From Laetmonice hystrix (lineage: Eukaryota): 64,000 nucleotides of DNA. The stretch spans positions 21,452,001 through 21,516,000 of the forward strand of contig OZ249442.1 in NCBI GenBank assembly GCA_965235115.1, given 5' to 3'. Below are positions 62,047 through 64,000 of the stretch, one piece after another. The number at the start of each line of letters is the position of its first letter. The stretch's first letter is position 1. Position numbers and translations under genes: made by a program. The notes beneath the pieces were generated by a model. The model saw only the letters and a program-made list of their open reading frames with translations. It made no database searches and was not told the origin of the DNA.

Positions 62047-62334
62047 AATGCGGTTTCAAGTCCAAAGCTAAGCCTTACGAGATTAACCCTAATGTTGCAT
62101 AGAATTCAATGAGAATATTTGACAAGTACACGAGTATACATAATGCTGGCATGAAATTCAAGAGGGATTCAATGCTGTTTCAAGTCCAAAGTTAAGCCTT
62201 ACGAGATTAACCCTAATGTTGCATAGAATTCAATGAGAATATTTGACAAGTACACGAGTATACATAATGCTGGTATGAAATTCAAGGGGGATTCAATGCG
62301 GTTTCAAGACCAAAGCTAAGCCTAACGAGATTAA
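62047..62334. repeat. 124-bp tandem repeat, 2.3 copies
   Basis: aatgc(g/t)gtttcaag starts at 62047, 62171 and 62295. Confidence 0.93.
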
Positions 62335-63210
62335 GCACGAGTATAGGACTACATGTCAACCATGCAGGACTTTGCAGACCCTTTCTCGTCCACACCACCG
62401 CATGGTATGCGCATACCCATTAGCATTTACAGTTACTTTGTGACATACGTCAGCAAAATTTGCTGCTGTTGTTGCTTGTAGATGGCTATCGTCAGTTTCT
62501 TCCCCTGACAGGGCTGAAGATATGCAACGCTCGTTCTAATTTTTTTTTTTTTGGGGGGGGGGGGGGGGGAGGGGAATAAAAGGGCAATCGGGATATAGGC
62601 CTACGTTACGACGTTAACGTTCACCCATAACTATTTGAAAACGTTTTTCAGTGATATAAGTTTCACACAGTTCATCATAACATGCTATCCCTTCCTCTTA
62701 AAGTCGCCCCTTTGACCAGTGGTGTCCGGCATACTTCCAACTGACCACCCTAGGTTGGTTGCTTGACGCCTTCAATCAACACCGTTCTGGCCTGATTCTC
62801 GGAATCATTTTGACGTTTCCGTGCTGGCACTGCAAAGTCACTGGATTACGGTTGACCTCTGTGATTAGGCCTTGTTCTGTTGGATAACCCGCAGGGAGCA
62901 CACGCCTTCCTACCAACATCCGCGTACCTTTGAGTGACGTTGATGTAAGTTTTCTTTGACTCTCTTCAGAACAGATTGAAACCACTGACATTTAGAGAAA
63001 TTACTCGGGAAGTCAATCAGCGGTGAACATGGTCGTCGCCACACAAGGCCATGCTTATGGTGTTAATTAATGCATTGTGTTCAGTCCATAGTTTACAGGA
63101 CCTCTTGTCCTATAGTCCTCGCCCTTAGTCCTATAGGCCTACTAGGATGAAAAAACCGTCGACATCCCCCCTTCCCAATGGACACAGACTGAAAGGCGCA
63201 GCTCTCTGTG

Positions 63211-63299
<89 letters not shown>

Positions 63300-63449
63300 C
63301 GTACCAAACTGGATGTAATTAGTAACGTAGCTGGAAATTTGGATGTAGGGATGTAGTAGTGATCAAACAATGATGAAACACATAGTCATAGGATCCAGGG
63401 AAAATGACCGTAAGATCGATTACGTAATTGAAAGCTCTCTCTCACCTCT

Positions 63450-63531
<82 letters not shown>
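63211..63531. repeat. Two (CT)n microsatellites (63211-63299, 63435-63531) flanking a dispersed-repeat core
   Basis: Direct reading; the core 63350-63443 matches 4123-4192. Confidence 0.93.
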
Positions 63532-63532
<1 letters not shown>

Positions 63533-64000
63533 AGTCCCTGATGATCTACGCTTTCCATGGAACTGGTATAATAGGATCCACCTACACTTTATAGGATTCG
63601 ATGATTCAAATCCTGAGGGTGACAGTCTTGAAACCTGTGGGAACGTCATTTGGGAAAGAGGTGCATAGCTCCCTGCATCGTATACTGCCAGTGGTTCTAA
63701 ACGATTCAATGGTAGAGGTTCAGTTTACCGAAGATATAAGATCAATTTTAATCAAACGATTTCCGGTCCTTCATTTCCGTTTCCTACGGCCCCGAAACCA
63801 TTGGGGCCTGCCGTAAGTACCGCAAGGCATTGCTCACATCATTAATCCGTGTTAGAGATCATCCGAATAGACGGCTCTCTTCTTCACGATATCTTCTACT
63901 GTCAGGAACCTTCCTGCTGCACCTAATTCTCCCTTGGTAATAATTCCATTTCAAAGACAAGGGTTTTCATTGTCCTGACATCGTCTTGGCTAGGCGGACG

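Noticed and set aside
55328-63709. ORFs made of SL/ER runs at 55.3 and 63.1-63.7 kb
   Set aside because: Translations of (CT)n microsatellites.

Overview
Animal genomic DNA, very repeat-rich, with one clear gene. The gene is an uninterrupted 511-aa neuropeptide precursor (6812-8347, +): a signal peptide followed by 33 related Y/H-x-x-F-(V/L/I/F)-(L/M/V)-G peptides between dibasic sites. It most resembles annelid FVMamide-type precursors (recalled from memory, not searched), which would suggest a polychaete. A second, weaker candidate is a spliced secreted-protein start at 48499-49082. The rest holds about 15 young tandem arrays (units 26-335 bp, several palindromic or with higher-order structure), MITE/foldback elements, a likely internally deleted PIF/Harbinger, a tandemly duplicated tRNA-SINE, templated duplications and microsatellites. 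One 67-bp satellite sits inside a TIR pair and is built from the TIR itself. Most ORFs in the supplied track are repeat artefacts. No rRNA, intact tRNA or CRISPR array is supported.
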